Below are positions 1-23,701 of a DNA stretch of 64,000 nucleotides, one piece after another. A program made the translations under genes and the position numbers. The number at the start of each line of letters is the position of its first letter. Position 1 is the first letter of the stretch. The notes below the pieces were generated by a model that did not search any database, had not been told where the DNA came from, and saw nothing but the letters and a program-made list of their open reading frames with translations. Origin of the DNA: Podarcis bocagei (Eukaryota); assembly GCA_964188305.1 (NCBI GenBank), contig OZ076892.1; one strand, given 5' to 3'.

Positions 1-59
1 CAGATGGAACCACTTTGACCCAGAGTTTTTATTCTTGCTGCTGATTCTGCCTCCCTCAG

Positions 60-3000
60 AGAGCTGTTGGAGCAACTGATGGGAGAGCTGAGCCAGTCAA
101 AGCAGCAGCACCAGGCAGCCATGCAAGAGTCCCAGCAGCACCAGAAGGAGGCATCTCGGCTGCAGCAGAAGCTACAGAGCAGCCGGGAAGGGCTGAAGAG
201 CCTGCAGCTGAAGGTGGGGAAGGGGAAAGTGGGAAGGCTTGAAGGGCAACTGCCATCCCAGCCAAGCCAATTGCTTCTGCCTGCGGGAGAGCTCAGCTGG
301 TGGCAGCCTGAAGCCTTCTGGTATGTGCCGCCCACAGGTGCAAGGGAACCAGTCGGTGTTGGATGAGTTGCAGGCAGAGCTGGGCCAGCAGAAGCGCCAG
401 GAGGAGGAGCTGCAGCGGCAGCTGCAAAGGGCCAAGGAGCAGGAGAGCCAGCTGGTACAGCAATGCAAGGAGCTGCAGCATCAGCTCCAGAGCAGCCAGT
501 GCAGGGTGAGCCACTGGGCAGGGCTGCAGGGAGGAGGCGTGTGCCAAGTCTCCCAGGAGCTGACAGCCCCCTGCCTTGCAGTTGCAGGAGGAAGAGTGGA
601 AAGCCCAGAGCCTGCACACCTGCGCCACAGAGCGGGAGACAGAGAGCCGTGTTCTGCGTGAGCAGCTGAAGCAGCAGAAGACGGAGCTGGAGGTGCTCCG
701 CAGAAAGTATGAACACGCCCAGTTGCAGCTGCAGCAGGAGACAGCAGAAGTGAGTGCTGCCATTGCCACCTTCCCTGCCCTTGCCTGCCTTCCTGCAGGT
801 TGACCAGGCTTGCCTCCCTCACCCCACTCCACAGGTGTTGCGCCAGGAGGCCACCCTCTCCCAGCTCCACACTGAGCTGCACACTGCCCAGGAGAAGGAG
901 CGCCAGAGCAACCAGTCCCTGGCTGCAGCCAAGAACATTGCCCAGGACCTCCGGCTGCAAGCCACGTCCTGCCAGGCCAGCCAAAGGGAGGTGGTGGAGC
1001 AGGTAAGGCCAAGCCAAACCTGGGCACCTTTTGGAGGCCAGCCAGCCGGGGAGATGACCTCTACCCTCCCTTCTTGGCAGCTGGAGCAGAGAACCCGGGA
1101 GGTGTCCTGCCTGCAGGCGGAGCTGCAGCTTGCCCAGCACAGGGCAGACCATCTGGAGGAAGAACTGAGCGGCTCCCGAGAACAGCTGCAGCAGCTGCTG
1201 GCCATGCAGAGGGAGAGGGAGCAGGAGGTGAGCACCCTGGCCCAGGAAGGGAGGGCTGGAGGGGCCTTCTTGCTCAGCCCAAGCTCACCCAGTGGGCAAC
1301 TCCTCTGTCTTCACAGGCCTGTGCCTCCGAGGAGCGGCTGAGCGCCCTGGGCAGCCAAGTGCAGCACTGGCAGCAGGAGCACCGGGCGGCCGAGCGGGCT
1401 CTGGCCGAAAAGGACGAGGAGCTGGTGGTGATGAAGGTGGAGCTGGCCTCGCTGGAGGAGAAGTGTCACCAGGCGACAGAGGAGGTGACAAGGGGCTCCC
1501 GGCAGGGTGGAGGGATACACAGCCAAGTCCTCCTCAGGTGGCTGATGCTTTTCCTTTGGTCCTCTCCTGGGGCTGCTTTGGCAGAGAGAAGAGCTGCAGA
1601 ACGAAGTCAACGTCCTCCGGCAGAAGTTTGTGGTTTCCAGCCGGGATGTAAGTAAAGCTTGGGGAGGAGACTCATCCCCCGGACTCCCCAGGGGCACCAT
1701 CCACCTCTGCTGCCCCTAGAGGAAAGCAGATCCCAAGTCATTGGGGAAGAAGGCCCTAAGCGAAGCATCCAAAGAGAGTCCTCGTGGCTTCTGGGTGGCA
1801 CATTCACAAGCTGACAAAGGTCACAGCAGGCTGGGCTGGCTGCTTCAGGGAGTTGTGAAAGCAACAAGCCTGACTAGCCTCAAAGCCAGAGCTGGTTGCA
1901 CCCCATGCACTGAGGTTGCCCAGCATATACTCTCCCCCTCCCCTCCCAACCCTTCGGCCCCTATAAGCCTTGGTTTGTTCTTCTCTCCAGAGTTAGAGCT
2001 CAGCTGATCTCGTTCTTTCTCTCCTTTCCTTCTCTTTGTCGCTCAGCTTCCTCCAGCTTTGTCTTGTCCCTCTCTTCACCTGCTGCTGCTCTCCTCCATC
2101 CTTTCCTCAGGGCCGGTTGCCCTGCCAAGTTCTTGAGCATCTCTGATACTCTCCTTTGCATCCTCTTCCGCTTGTCCACATCCTCTCTAAGGTCTGGTGC
2201 TGTCCTCAAGTGGAACTTGACCAAGGTTGAGGTTTTGCTGGTGGCACAGAGAGACCACCCACTGAGATTGAGGGGCAAGCAAATGAATTTGCAGAAGACC
2301 AAAGAAGGTTCCTTGCCACACAACGTAGAACTCGTTGATGGCACTCACTGCTACAGGGTGTGCCGACGGCTGCCAATTAGAATGGTTTAAATGGGGGAGT
2401 AGACAACCTCAAGGCAAAGAGATGTGCCAATAGATGTTGGCCATAATAGCTTTGTGGAACCTCCTTGTCCAGAGGCAATCTACCTCTGAATACCAGGCCA
2501 GGCACTGGGAAATGTTCTAGACCTGATCCTCTGCCTTTGGGTTTCCTGGCAGCACCTGGTTTGGACCCCCAGATACCGCACCAGGTGGAGCTCTGAGCCT
2601 CTTGGTCTGTGGCTCACCAGAGACCTTGTGGTTGCCATTTGGGAGTCTTGTTTGCATCTGGCTCTGCTCTTCATTCTTTGGCCCTTTCAGAATAGTTTAG
2701 GGGCAAGAGCGGGGAGGGGCCAGTGGAGGTTGCTTTGCGCTTCTGGAACCGTGCCCGGGTGGCCTTCCTAGACTGCCCTCTTCTTCCCTGGCAGGTGGAA
2801 TCCCTGCAGACCTCCCTGGAGACAGCACGGGCCGACAGCTACCGCCTGCATCATGAGAGTGAGTTGGTGGTGACCAACGTCAGCCAGTGGGTGAAGGAGC
2901 AGAAGTGAGTTTGTGCCACCTGGCTGTGGCAGCCGCCTCCTCCTGGGGTGGGTGGGAATGGGCTCTAGCAGTACTGCTTACCACCTTTCCTTGCCCCTTG

Positions 3001-5119
3001 TTACTTCCTCCCAACTGGTGTCTCGTTGCAGGCAGGTGAACGAGAAGTTGGGCGACAAGATCCGGGACCAGATCAAGCAAATTGCTCAGCTGACGGGCGA
3101 GAGGGAGTAAGTGCAGCAGGCTGACACGGGCGGAGGGGGGCCTCCTCCAGGCCTCCCACACTTCTGCTCTTCCTCAAGGGGTGGGCAGTAAGCTCACCTG
3201 CTGGTCCCAACTTCCCCTGCCTCCACCCCACATCTCCAAATATTGTGCAGGACAAGAGGTGTTTTTAAAATTCAGGCACTCCTCCTTTCCTTGTCCTATT
3301 ATCCTCATGTGTGAGTCCAAAGGCTGCTGCATGGCTGTTTGTTACCCTTTGTTAAGGCAGCTTCTTTCCACAGCCACCTCCATGGGCTAATGGAGAGACT
3401 CCAGCAAGAGAATAAACGCTTGAAAAGTGAAGTGGATGAGCGGCGTATTGAGTGTGAGCGCCTCAAGGTGAGTGGAAGGCTCGGTAGTGAAGGGCCAATA
3501 ATCCCAGGGGTCCAGATGGCAGAGAGTGACATCCTGAGGGACTCTCAGTAGGCTGCCTCAGTTTCCCAGCAGGGAAGGTAATGAGTGAGTGGCAAGGTGT
3601 TCTGTGAGCCTGCAAGGCAGGCATTTATTATTTGAAGTAAAGTACTTCTGGAACCCTAAACCCACAAATGCAGAGTGGGCCAATATTGCCATAACAGGAG
3701 ACGTGGCAGAAGATGGGACAACCCCAAGGATTCCCCAGACCACCCACATCATTTAATGAGAAGGCATTGAACAAGTGCTGTTGTGGAGGCTTTTGCAGTT
3801 CTGCAGCAAGAGCACAGAGAAGTAGGCTTCCTGCATCCAACCCACAATGAGTGCCTGGTAGTGACCACAGAGCCTGTGTGTTGGGCAAATCCACTCCTTG
3901 AAAACACAGATCCTCGGGCTGCCGGAGGAGGAACAGCGGATGGTTCACCAACAGAGATGATTACATAGTGATTCATGATAGCCAAAGCCATAAATCTTAG
4001 CTATTGAATTTATTTTGGAAAAATAGTGTGAATTAGAAAAGCTGCTTTCCATGTCTGGAGACTGAGCAGCTGAGAACCCAGATGAAGGTGAGTGACTTAG
4101 AGAAGAATTTTCATCCTGCCCTCAAACCACATAACAGCCCTCAGGGCATAAGGTCAGCAAAGCCTCCCTTTCTCTAATTACCTTCAAGACTGCTATAAAT
4201 TACAACCGAGAGGTTCTCTGTCTGCCAGTTGAAATTTACATCTGGTGTGTGAGCTACCTTCTTAAGAAGAGTTTATCATTTAACGATCAAGGGTGTTCAG
4301 ATTGTTAGAAATCTTTTATTTTTAATTCTGTTTTGACAAAACTGTTGACTTCAAAAGTATTTTTTCTATGTCACTGTGGGAAAGAAATGTGGTTTGATAA
4401 GGAATGCTGTGAAGACCTTAAGGTCTTAAGTTTTTAAAATGCGTATTGAACTGTTAATAAGATTAAGAACACTCAGTATGGCAAATACATTGTTGGACAC
4501 TCCATTGACTGTTGGCATCTTACAGCAATTATTGGATGAGCAGTTAAGAGAGATCAGAGCTGAGATTGATAAAATGGTGAATGAAAATGGACCAGAGAAG
4601 GATGAAATGGAAAATGGTATTAAAGAGGGCACAGAGACTTTGGAGAACAATATCAAAAAAGGATTTCCAGAACAGGAGAGTGAAATGGTAGAGTTGGAGG
4701 TAGCAGATAATGAAATGGAGAAGTCCTATGCACCAGTGTCTAGAGGAATGAAACACCCAAATGGCACGAGTTATGATGTTGAAGGAATGGAATGAAGCCA
4801 TGGACATCCTGAGCTGGCAGAGACAGAAAATCAGAAGTCCCTTTCACATCTCTTTTCCTTTTATATTCCTTCCTCTTTTTTTCCTTTTGTTTTCCTTGTT
4901 GTCCCCTACTCTGGGACATTATTGAGATTATTCTTTCTCTTTTCATTTTTGTTCATTTTGTATTGTATTGTATATTACAAAAAAGCCTTAATGAAATCTT
5001 AAGGGAAATAACACACACACAAAGTCTCCTCTTTCTCGTTGCAGGCTTTCCACAGCAGTGATTTGGACCCAGGTGCTGTACTACCACAGCCTTGGCCTAC
5101 GTTCCCAGCGGATGAGTAA
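60..5119 (+). CDS. PMFBP1: Polyamine-modulated factor 1-binding protein 1 (coiled-coil sperm head-tail coupling protein); 3' portion only, 5' exons lie before the window; last exon uncertain
   Basis: AG/GT-bounded exons in one continuous frame: 60-213, 338-505, 582-749, 835-1002, 1081-1227, 1317-1484, 1585-1647, 2795-2904, 3032-3106, 3374-3467, 5045-5119 (TAA). Alternatively a donor after 5115 could splice to 5187-5223 or 5802 onward. The C-terminal peptide [54 protein letters not shown] resembles the recalled human PMFBP1 C-terminus. The gene is tail-to-tail with DHX38, as in human. Confidence 0.85.
2090..2540. mobile_element. Degraded CR1 LINE fragments in a PMFBP1 intron
   Basis: Minus-strand translation HLRTAPDLREDVDKRKRMQRRVSEMLKNL resembles the CR1 RT C-terminus (FWAPHFKKDVDKLERVQRRATKMIRGL). 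About 2300-2540 resembles the CR1 3' region on the + strand. Confidence 0.5.
3900..5010 (+). mobile_element. Possible L1-ORF1-only (HAL1-like) or decayed L1 remnant in a PMFBP1 intron
   Basis: AT-rich island in a GC-rich gene, with coiled-coil ORF 4439-4795 (QQLLDEQLREIRAEIDKM), a T-rich 3'UTR-like tract at 4850-4975 and an A-rich tail. Boundaries and TSD not resolved. Confidence 0.35.
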
Positions 5120-6492
5120 GTCCTTCTGTTCTCCCCCACTCCTCCCCTTGGACAATGCCAGCACCAAGGAGTTTCCCTGCCTTCAGGGGACTTGCTGACT
5201 CACAACCTCCTTCAGTGACATGAGTTAACTTCCAAGCCAGGGACTGCCTGGACCAAGCTTTTGAGGCAAGGTAGGATGCTTCTGATGACAGGAAGGCAGT
5301 TTGCACAAGCTTGGCTTAAAAAGTTCTTTTCTTGGCTCACACATGCAGGCTGGGGCATCATAGCACCCTACACAAAGCACCAGAAACCTCTGAAAAGCCT
5401 GCAAAAGCACAGTGTGGTGAAGCCTCTGTAAGGAACTGCCTGGTATAGCAGACTATGGGGTTCTGTTATACAGCAATCTTTTTCCAGTAGCCAGTGAGAC
5501 GGGCCCTGGGCATTTGCCTCCCCCCCCCCCAGCTTTCCTGCAAGGGTGGAGAGCTTGTAGTCCTCTGGCTATTGTGAAGTTCTGGCTCCCCTCACTCCTG
5601 GCAATAGTGGCTGGGGCTGATGGAATCTATCATCATCCAGAGGGCCACATGCTTAAAGCCAGGGGCTGGTAGCAGACCAGGCCACAGTTTATCCAACATT
5701 ATGTCTAGAACTGACTTTAGTCCTTGGGTGTACAGAAGCCATTTCCACTCCTGAAGTAATGGCATTCAAATATATGCCATCTTATTTTCAGTCCCCCCTA
5801 GAGATTCCCTGAGCAAATTGTTAGTCAAGTCAAACAGCATGGATGTAGAAAGCCATTCCTGCTGCACCTCCCCCACCCACCCCAAATCATCATCCTTATT
5901 ACCATTTGCAGCTCTCACTGCTTGAGCCGGAAACAAAGCAAAGTGCTGGCTACAAAGTGGAACCTGTCCTAGCCCCACCACGGCTGCTGGATACCTATTC
6001 TTCGCCACACACGCTGGCCCCCTCCCTGCCCAGCAGAGGACACACCTTGGTGCTTGTCGCGCCAGGCTCCAGTGAATATTTGGATGGGGACCGGCCGATC
6101 GACTAATCATGTGACTTCTTACGCAGAAGAAGAAAGAAAAAGAGAGCTTGTGCAGATACTAAGCTAATAAATGGGGAAGTGCTGAGCCACTTTCCCCAAA
6201 AAACCACACGTCGTGCTGTGAGTGTGTATAAGGCAAAAGGGAGGCAGGTGGCAGAAAGCAGGATGTCTTACAGCCCATTCATGGGCCGAGGGAGGGAAGG
6301 GCTCCCCACAGGTACACCCCAAACACACCTTGCACGAAGGAAGAGGCCAAACAAAAGCAACTGCTCAAAATCAGGTCAGGAAGCAGCAACATTTATATAA
6401 ACAATAAAATTATTTTTTCCATGTCCATCCAAGGTGGGCTCTGCCCAACTAAGCACAGCAGGGTCTTCTGTACAGAGCTGGGAGGGCAGGGG

Positions 6493-18662
<12,170 letters not shown>

Positions 18663-18939
18663 TGCAGGGCTCTCTGCGGGGAGCAAGGAGGCACTCGAGT
18701 GAGCGGGACGGGGACCGGGCGGCAAGGGGGGTGGCGCCTAACGGCGGCGGGGGAAATCGGGCTGCTGGAGGGGCTGCTCGGCCGTTCAGAGTCCCGCGAG
18801 ACGCGCTGCCACTGGACGACACACCGCACTGAAAGCGGCAGCGGAAGCAGCAGCGCCGCCCAACCCGCTGGCCCGGCCTCGCTTCGCCTTCGGGACAGAG
18901 ACGGGGACAGAGACGGGGGCAGAGCCCTGCCCGCCTCAG

Positions 18940-19490
18940 CCTCACCCTCCGCCGCCGCGCGGCCGCCGCTTCAAGGCCTGACCCTCCGCTTGCCGGGCGC
19001 CGCCATTGCCCGCCCCACAATGCCCCGCGACGGCAGCTGCGACGGCCTCTCCCCGCGCCATAGAGTCGTTATAGAATGTGCAGCAGCGCGGCTCCTAGAC
19101 CGACCGAGTCCTTGTGCGGAGGCGGGATTTCCGGATTGCAGCCGCCTGGAGGAGGGAACGTAAAAGCAGCCCACAGGAAACTGCGCAAGGAGATACCGGA
19201 CTTCCGCACAGCTGGAGCGGAAGGCGGCAGAACTAGCAGTTTCCCCTCAGAAGAGGAGGGGAATGCCGCTCCCTCAGACAGCGGCGAAAGCAGTTCGAGA
19301 TCATGGGCGGGAACGGGCCTAATGCAGGGATGGGGAGCTGTGCGGGGACATTCATGGTCTTCCAGGTGCTGTTAGAGAGCGCTGCTCCCAGCAGCCAGCG
19401 TGGCCAAAGACGAGGATGGGAATTGTAGTCCATCCCTCCTCTGCTGGGCCGGAAGTTCCCCAGCCATAGATCATGGAATAGTAGAGTCGA
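18940..19490 (-). promoter_or_regulatory. DHX38 CpG-island promoter and probable non-coding first exon
   Basis: CpG-rich. Donor GTGAG at 18945-18941 and acceptor ccccgcag just upstream of 18673. YY1-like AATGGCGGC at about 19007-18999, plus ETS-like motifs. Confidence 0.65.
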
Positions 19491-19507
19491 AAGGGGCCGC
19501 GGGAGTC

Positions 19508-22018
19508 GGGGACTTCCGGGGTGGCGCCATCGGTAATGGCGGACTCCCTCTGAACCAGAGGGACCAGCTCTGCGGGAATCGGGTCTGTTCCGCTGCGGCG
19601 AAGAGGGGACCCTTGGAAAAACCACAGGCGGGTGAAGCCTGTGACCATGGGACTCGGCGGGCACCTTTTGCGCCCCCCCAACTTGCAAAGGAGCCCGATT
19701 ACGGGTTCCGGAGCAGAGCTGGGAAGTGGCGCGGTGCTGTGAGTCAACTGCTTCTTCCGTGGAGTGAAGCCACACAGCCGTTACCGGAGAGCGCTGCCTT
19801 TTTCCTGGGACAATTTGGCTATAAAACAACTATCCATGAGTAGGCTAATTTGGGAAACAAAGGAACAAAGAAGCAATTCGACACCGAAGCGGAGAGGCAT
19901 AAACAGGAAGTCTGCCTTCCGTTCTTTGTAAATAGAGCAATGAACTTGTAAGCAAAAACCTTGAAAGATGTTTGAAAAGGACTGTAATTCTAACATCAAA
20001 CAAGCGATTTCCCCCTTTGATTGCAGGAGAGGAGGGGGGAAAGGTCTGAATTGTATTTCCCTGCAAAAAGAGAGAAAAGGAAGCTAAAATCCACTGCTTA
20101 AAACCTGGGAACGGGTTGCCAGTGAACTGTAAGAATGCCGTACTGTGAATGCACTGTTGGTGAAAGTACTCTTTGACAGCTAACTCTACAAGTGAGATAC
20201 AATATTTCTGGCTGGCTTCTCCTGGTTTTAAAGTAACTGGAAAATAACTGAAATTTAAACTGTCCTCTTTTTTGTGAATTGGGGGATTAAAAGAAAAAAA
20301 GTTAATTATTTTAAGGCAACAATTTTTGACTGCTACTGTGTCCCCCTAGAGGAAGTTTGAAATTGTTACAACAACAGTTGGGCCAGGGGAATTTTCCACT
20401 TCAAAACAAGTTCTGATCGTGGGATTGACCTTGGCCTTATCTAGAGTATTATGGCAGATGGAAAGGAGAAAATAGATTTGCTTCAGGAAAAAACGACAAG
20501 GTCTGGTAGGTCATTTCGTCCAGACGTTGGGCTGCAGCGAAGAGCATCAACATCTGGCCCTCCTGGATTACCAATAGGAGCTGCATTGGCACAATCTAAA
20601 CCCAAAGGAATGGCATCTGAAGATGTTTTGGCTCAGGCATTAGGTAAAATTAATGAATCTTTGGAAAGAATAAGTAAACAAGTAGCTGAAGCATCAGTTA
20701 AAATCGATCAAAATACCACAAGTATTAATAATTTGGGACAGAAGGTAAATACTAACACAGAAACTATTGAGAAATTACTACAGGAATCTACCTCGACCCG
20801 AAAGACAGCTGAAGAAGCAAAGGAAATAGCAACTGCTGTAGAAGAGAGTTCTGCAGAGTTTTGAGAAATTAAAAAACCAAGTGCGAGACTGGCTTCATTA
20901 TTATCAGATAATGGAGGCATACAATTTGGACAAGAAAATTGGCTTCCAGGTGGAAAAATCAAAATTAGAAACAGAACTGCTAGAACCCAAAACTAAGATT
21001 TTGTCAAAGATGTATAACTTGCTGTTGAAAAGGAATACACAGGATGAAACGGTGAAATCTGCTATGATTAAATGGGCACAAGATGTTGGACATAACATAA
21101 TGATGGCTGACTGGGAATAGTTATGGACCACAGGTATGAAGTTTACGGCATGTAATGCCTTAAGAGAGAATATTATGAAAATGATATACAGGTGGTACAT
21201 GACACCAGTCAAGCTTGCAAAAATCATTTGCCCGATAATAAATGTTGGAAATGTAAAGAAACTGAAGGTACATTCTTTCACCTTTGGTGGACGTGCCCAA
21301 GGATTAATGCTTTCTGGGAGATGATTTATAATGAAATGAAAAGGGTATTTAAATATACCTTTCTGAAGAAACCAGAGGCCTTTCTCCTGGGCATGGTCGG
21401 CCAAATGGTGCCAAAGAAGGACAGAACTTTTTTTATGTATGCCACAACAGCAGCAAGAATACTTATTGCAAAGTATTGGAAAACACAAGATCTACCCACT
21501 CTGGAAGAATGGCAGATGAAGGTGATGGACTACATGGAATTGGCAGAAATGACTGGCAGAATCCGAGACCAGGGAGAAGAGTCGGTGGAAGAAGATTGGA
21601 AGAAATTTAAAGACTATTTACAGAAATATTGCAAAATTAATGAATGTTAGAATGATGTCAGAATGAAGTTAAGTGGTTTAAGCAGCAATGTTATAAAGGT
21701 GTATGTAAAAATGGATTGTTAACAGGTGAGAATCCAAAGTTATAATATATTATGTTAAAGGACTAAGATAAAAACAAAGAGGGAAAGAAATTGCTGAATT
21801 AACTAACTGAATTGGAATACAAAAAAGGGAGGTGTGAGGAGGTCAGGGAAACAAGGAAATGAATGTAAGGTATGGAAAGACTGATGTATTTTTTTAAGTG
21901 TTTTTTATCTTTTTTGTCTTTTGTCTTTTTTCTTTTATTTTTACTTTTTCTTTCTTTTTTTAATTCACGTAACTCTTTTCTTTGAAACCTTAATAAATAT
22001 CATTTTTTTAAAAAAAGG
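19508..22018 (+). mobile_element. Internally deleted L1-clade LINE: 5'UTR and ORF1 N-terminus fused to ORF2 C-terminus and 3'UTR
   Basis: 17-bp TSD AAGGGGCCGCGGG(A/G)GTC at 19491-19507 and 22019-22035. CpG-rich 5' end GGGGACTTCCGGGGTGGCGCCATCGGTAATGGCGG. Coiled-coil ORF1 20451 to about 20848, then ORF2 tail with CCHC knuckle CWKCKETEGTFFHLWWTC (21192-21650). AATAAA at 21992 and an A-tail. No EN or RT domain. Confidence 0.88.
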
Positions 22019-22299
22019 AAGGGGCCGCGGGGGTCATCTAGTCCAAGTGGTGGTGGGTCGAGACCCGCTTGTGGGTCACGGCCTGATCCGAGGTGGGTCG
22101 CAACAGCAGCGCCACCGCTATGCAAATATGTGGTAAACAATTAGAAGATTGATCCCCAAATGCATGTTTGGTTAAAGGCGGATCCGGAGACTGAAAAGGT
22201 TGAAGACTGCGGGTCTAGGAGACTTGCAGCCAACAGAGTGGCAAACGCGAGTCCTGTGCTCTCTACCAAAGCGGCTCGGATTGCAGCCGGATGGGTTTT

Positions 22300-22560
22300 C
22301 AGGAGCCCGAAAATCCCGCGCACCAGAAGGGCCACTCTTACCCTTTCTTATGTCTGGGGTGACCTAACCCGTTGCCCCGGCGACAGACGAGCCTCTTCAA
22401 CCGGGGGCGGGGCTTCTCCAGGTCCGCCTCCTCCCGCCCTTCTTACGTCAGAGCCAAATCAGCCCCTCTTCTCGCGGCTGGAGAGTCTGGTGGGGTAACT
22501 TATGCTGTTCGAGGCCTTGCGAGTCACTCCTTGGGCGGGGGGTTCGTCTGACGCCTTTTG
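22300..22560 (+). promoter_or_regulatory. Orphan CpG-rich promoter-like element
   Basis: GC box GGGGCGGGGC 22404-22413, further CCGCC(C) boxes, CRE-like TTACGTCA 22443-22450, donor-like GG|GTAACT at 22495. No recognisable downstream CDS. Confidence 0.45.
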
Positions 22561-23701
22561 CGTCCAGCTGCCTCCCTTTTATTCTGCATGGGCGCAATTC
22601 CTAGGATAACCTCCCAGTCACTGCTGCAAAGCCTGCATTGGGTGCCAGGGCACAACCCCCTTACCACCGAAAGACAAACAAACTGGGTCTTCAAAAGATG
22701 CCCCTCTCCCCTCACCAGAGCTCTCAGGACTCTGCAGATTTACCCCCGGAGCTGGCACCTCTTCCTCAAGCCACGGGTCCGAGGGCAGCTGCAGGGGCCT
22801 TCTCCATGAGAGAACTTCTACCCTTGAGAGGTGCCTGTGCCTGACCGTAGAAGTGAAACAATATGCTCTCCTTTAGATTTACTTTTAATAATTAAAGAGA
22901 AGTCCCACCCACCATTGGCAATGTTTTTTAACCTTTTGCATGCTGATCTCCATCATAAAACAAGTGAAATGCACTTGTCATATGGCATTGTAATAAATAA
23001 ATAAAAACATAAAAAATAAATATTAAATAAAAATAACAAGTTTAAACAAATAAACAAAAGCTTTATTGAAAGACCGCCCAGAAAAAGATCCACCTCCTGC
23101 CGAAGGCAAGGCAGCGAACAAAATCCCACAGCCCCTTAGAGCAATGCTGATTGTGCCCCCATCCTCTTCAGCGTCCTAAGATCAAGAGTGGGGCTCTGGG
23201 ATGAAACAGAAAATATTTCTGCCATACTCCCATTTTACTTAATCCCATCTGAGAGGGACTGAATTACACTGCAGACCTGACTGTTGGGTCTCAGCAGATG
23301 AGGGGAATTCCTTCACTTTGTCCTGGCTGAGGATACACACAGATCCTGATCCTCTGTGTTACTTGATAGTTTCTGATGAAAGAAGCCAGCCCGAGCCCGG
23401 CCTACTTGACTTGTGTCAATGTTTGCTCATCCTGTTCCAGGGACACTTAGTACCTGCTGGACTGCAAAAGTTTGCATTAAGAAGTACACTGTGAAGCTCT
23501 TAAGGGAGGCACTTTTTTGTTCCTTGCTGGAAAAACAATGGACCCAGCTGATCTTGATGGAAGCCCCCCTGCCCTCATGTAGGGGAAGACGAGGGGGCCA
23601 GCAGGACTACAAGCAGAAACATGCTGGATGCTACCACGGCAAACAAGCATCTCTGTGCCCACACAGTGCCTGCTGTCACACTAAGCCCATGTCAGGAGTC
23701 C

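Noticed and set aside
293-1700. Long minus-strand ORFs (244 aa, 223 aa and others) over PMFBP1
   Set aside because: Shadow ORFs from GC-rich CAG/GAG codon repeats of the coiled-coil exons; no independent coding signal.
19415-19432. GGGAATTGTAGT as a ZNF143/THAP11 site of the DHX38 promoter
   Set aside because: Similar GGGAATTG(T/C)A sequences occur in dispersed repeat-like contexts in this window (about 33926 and 41994), so I cannot separate a functional site from a repeat relic.
23327-23359. + strand peptide LRIHTDPDPLC resembles TXNL4B LRFGRDEDPVC
   Set aside because: Only 11 residues, no flanking similarity or splice structure, and it lies antisense within the DHODH 3'UTR. Likely chance; a tblastn would settle it.
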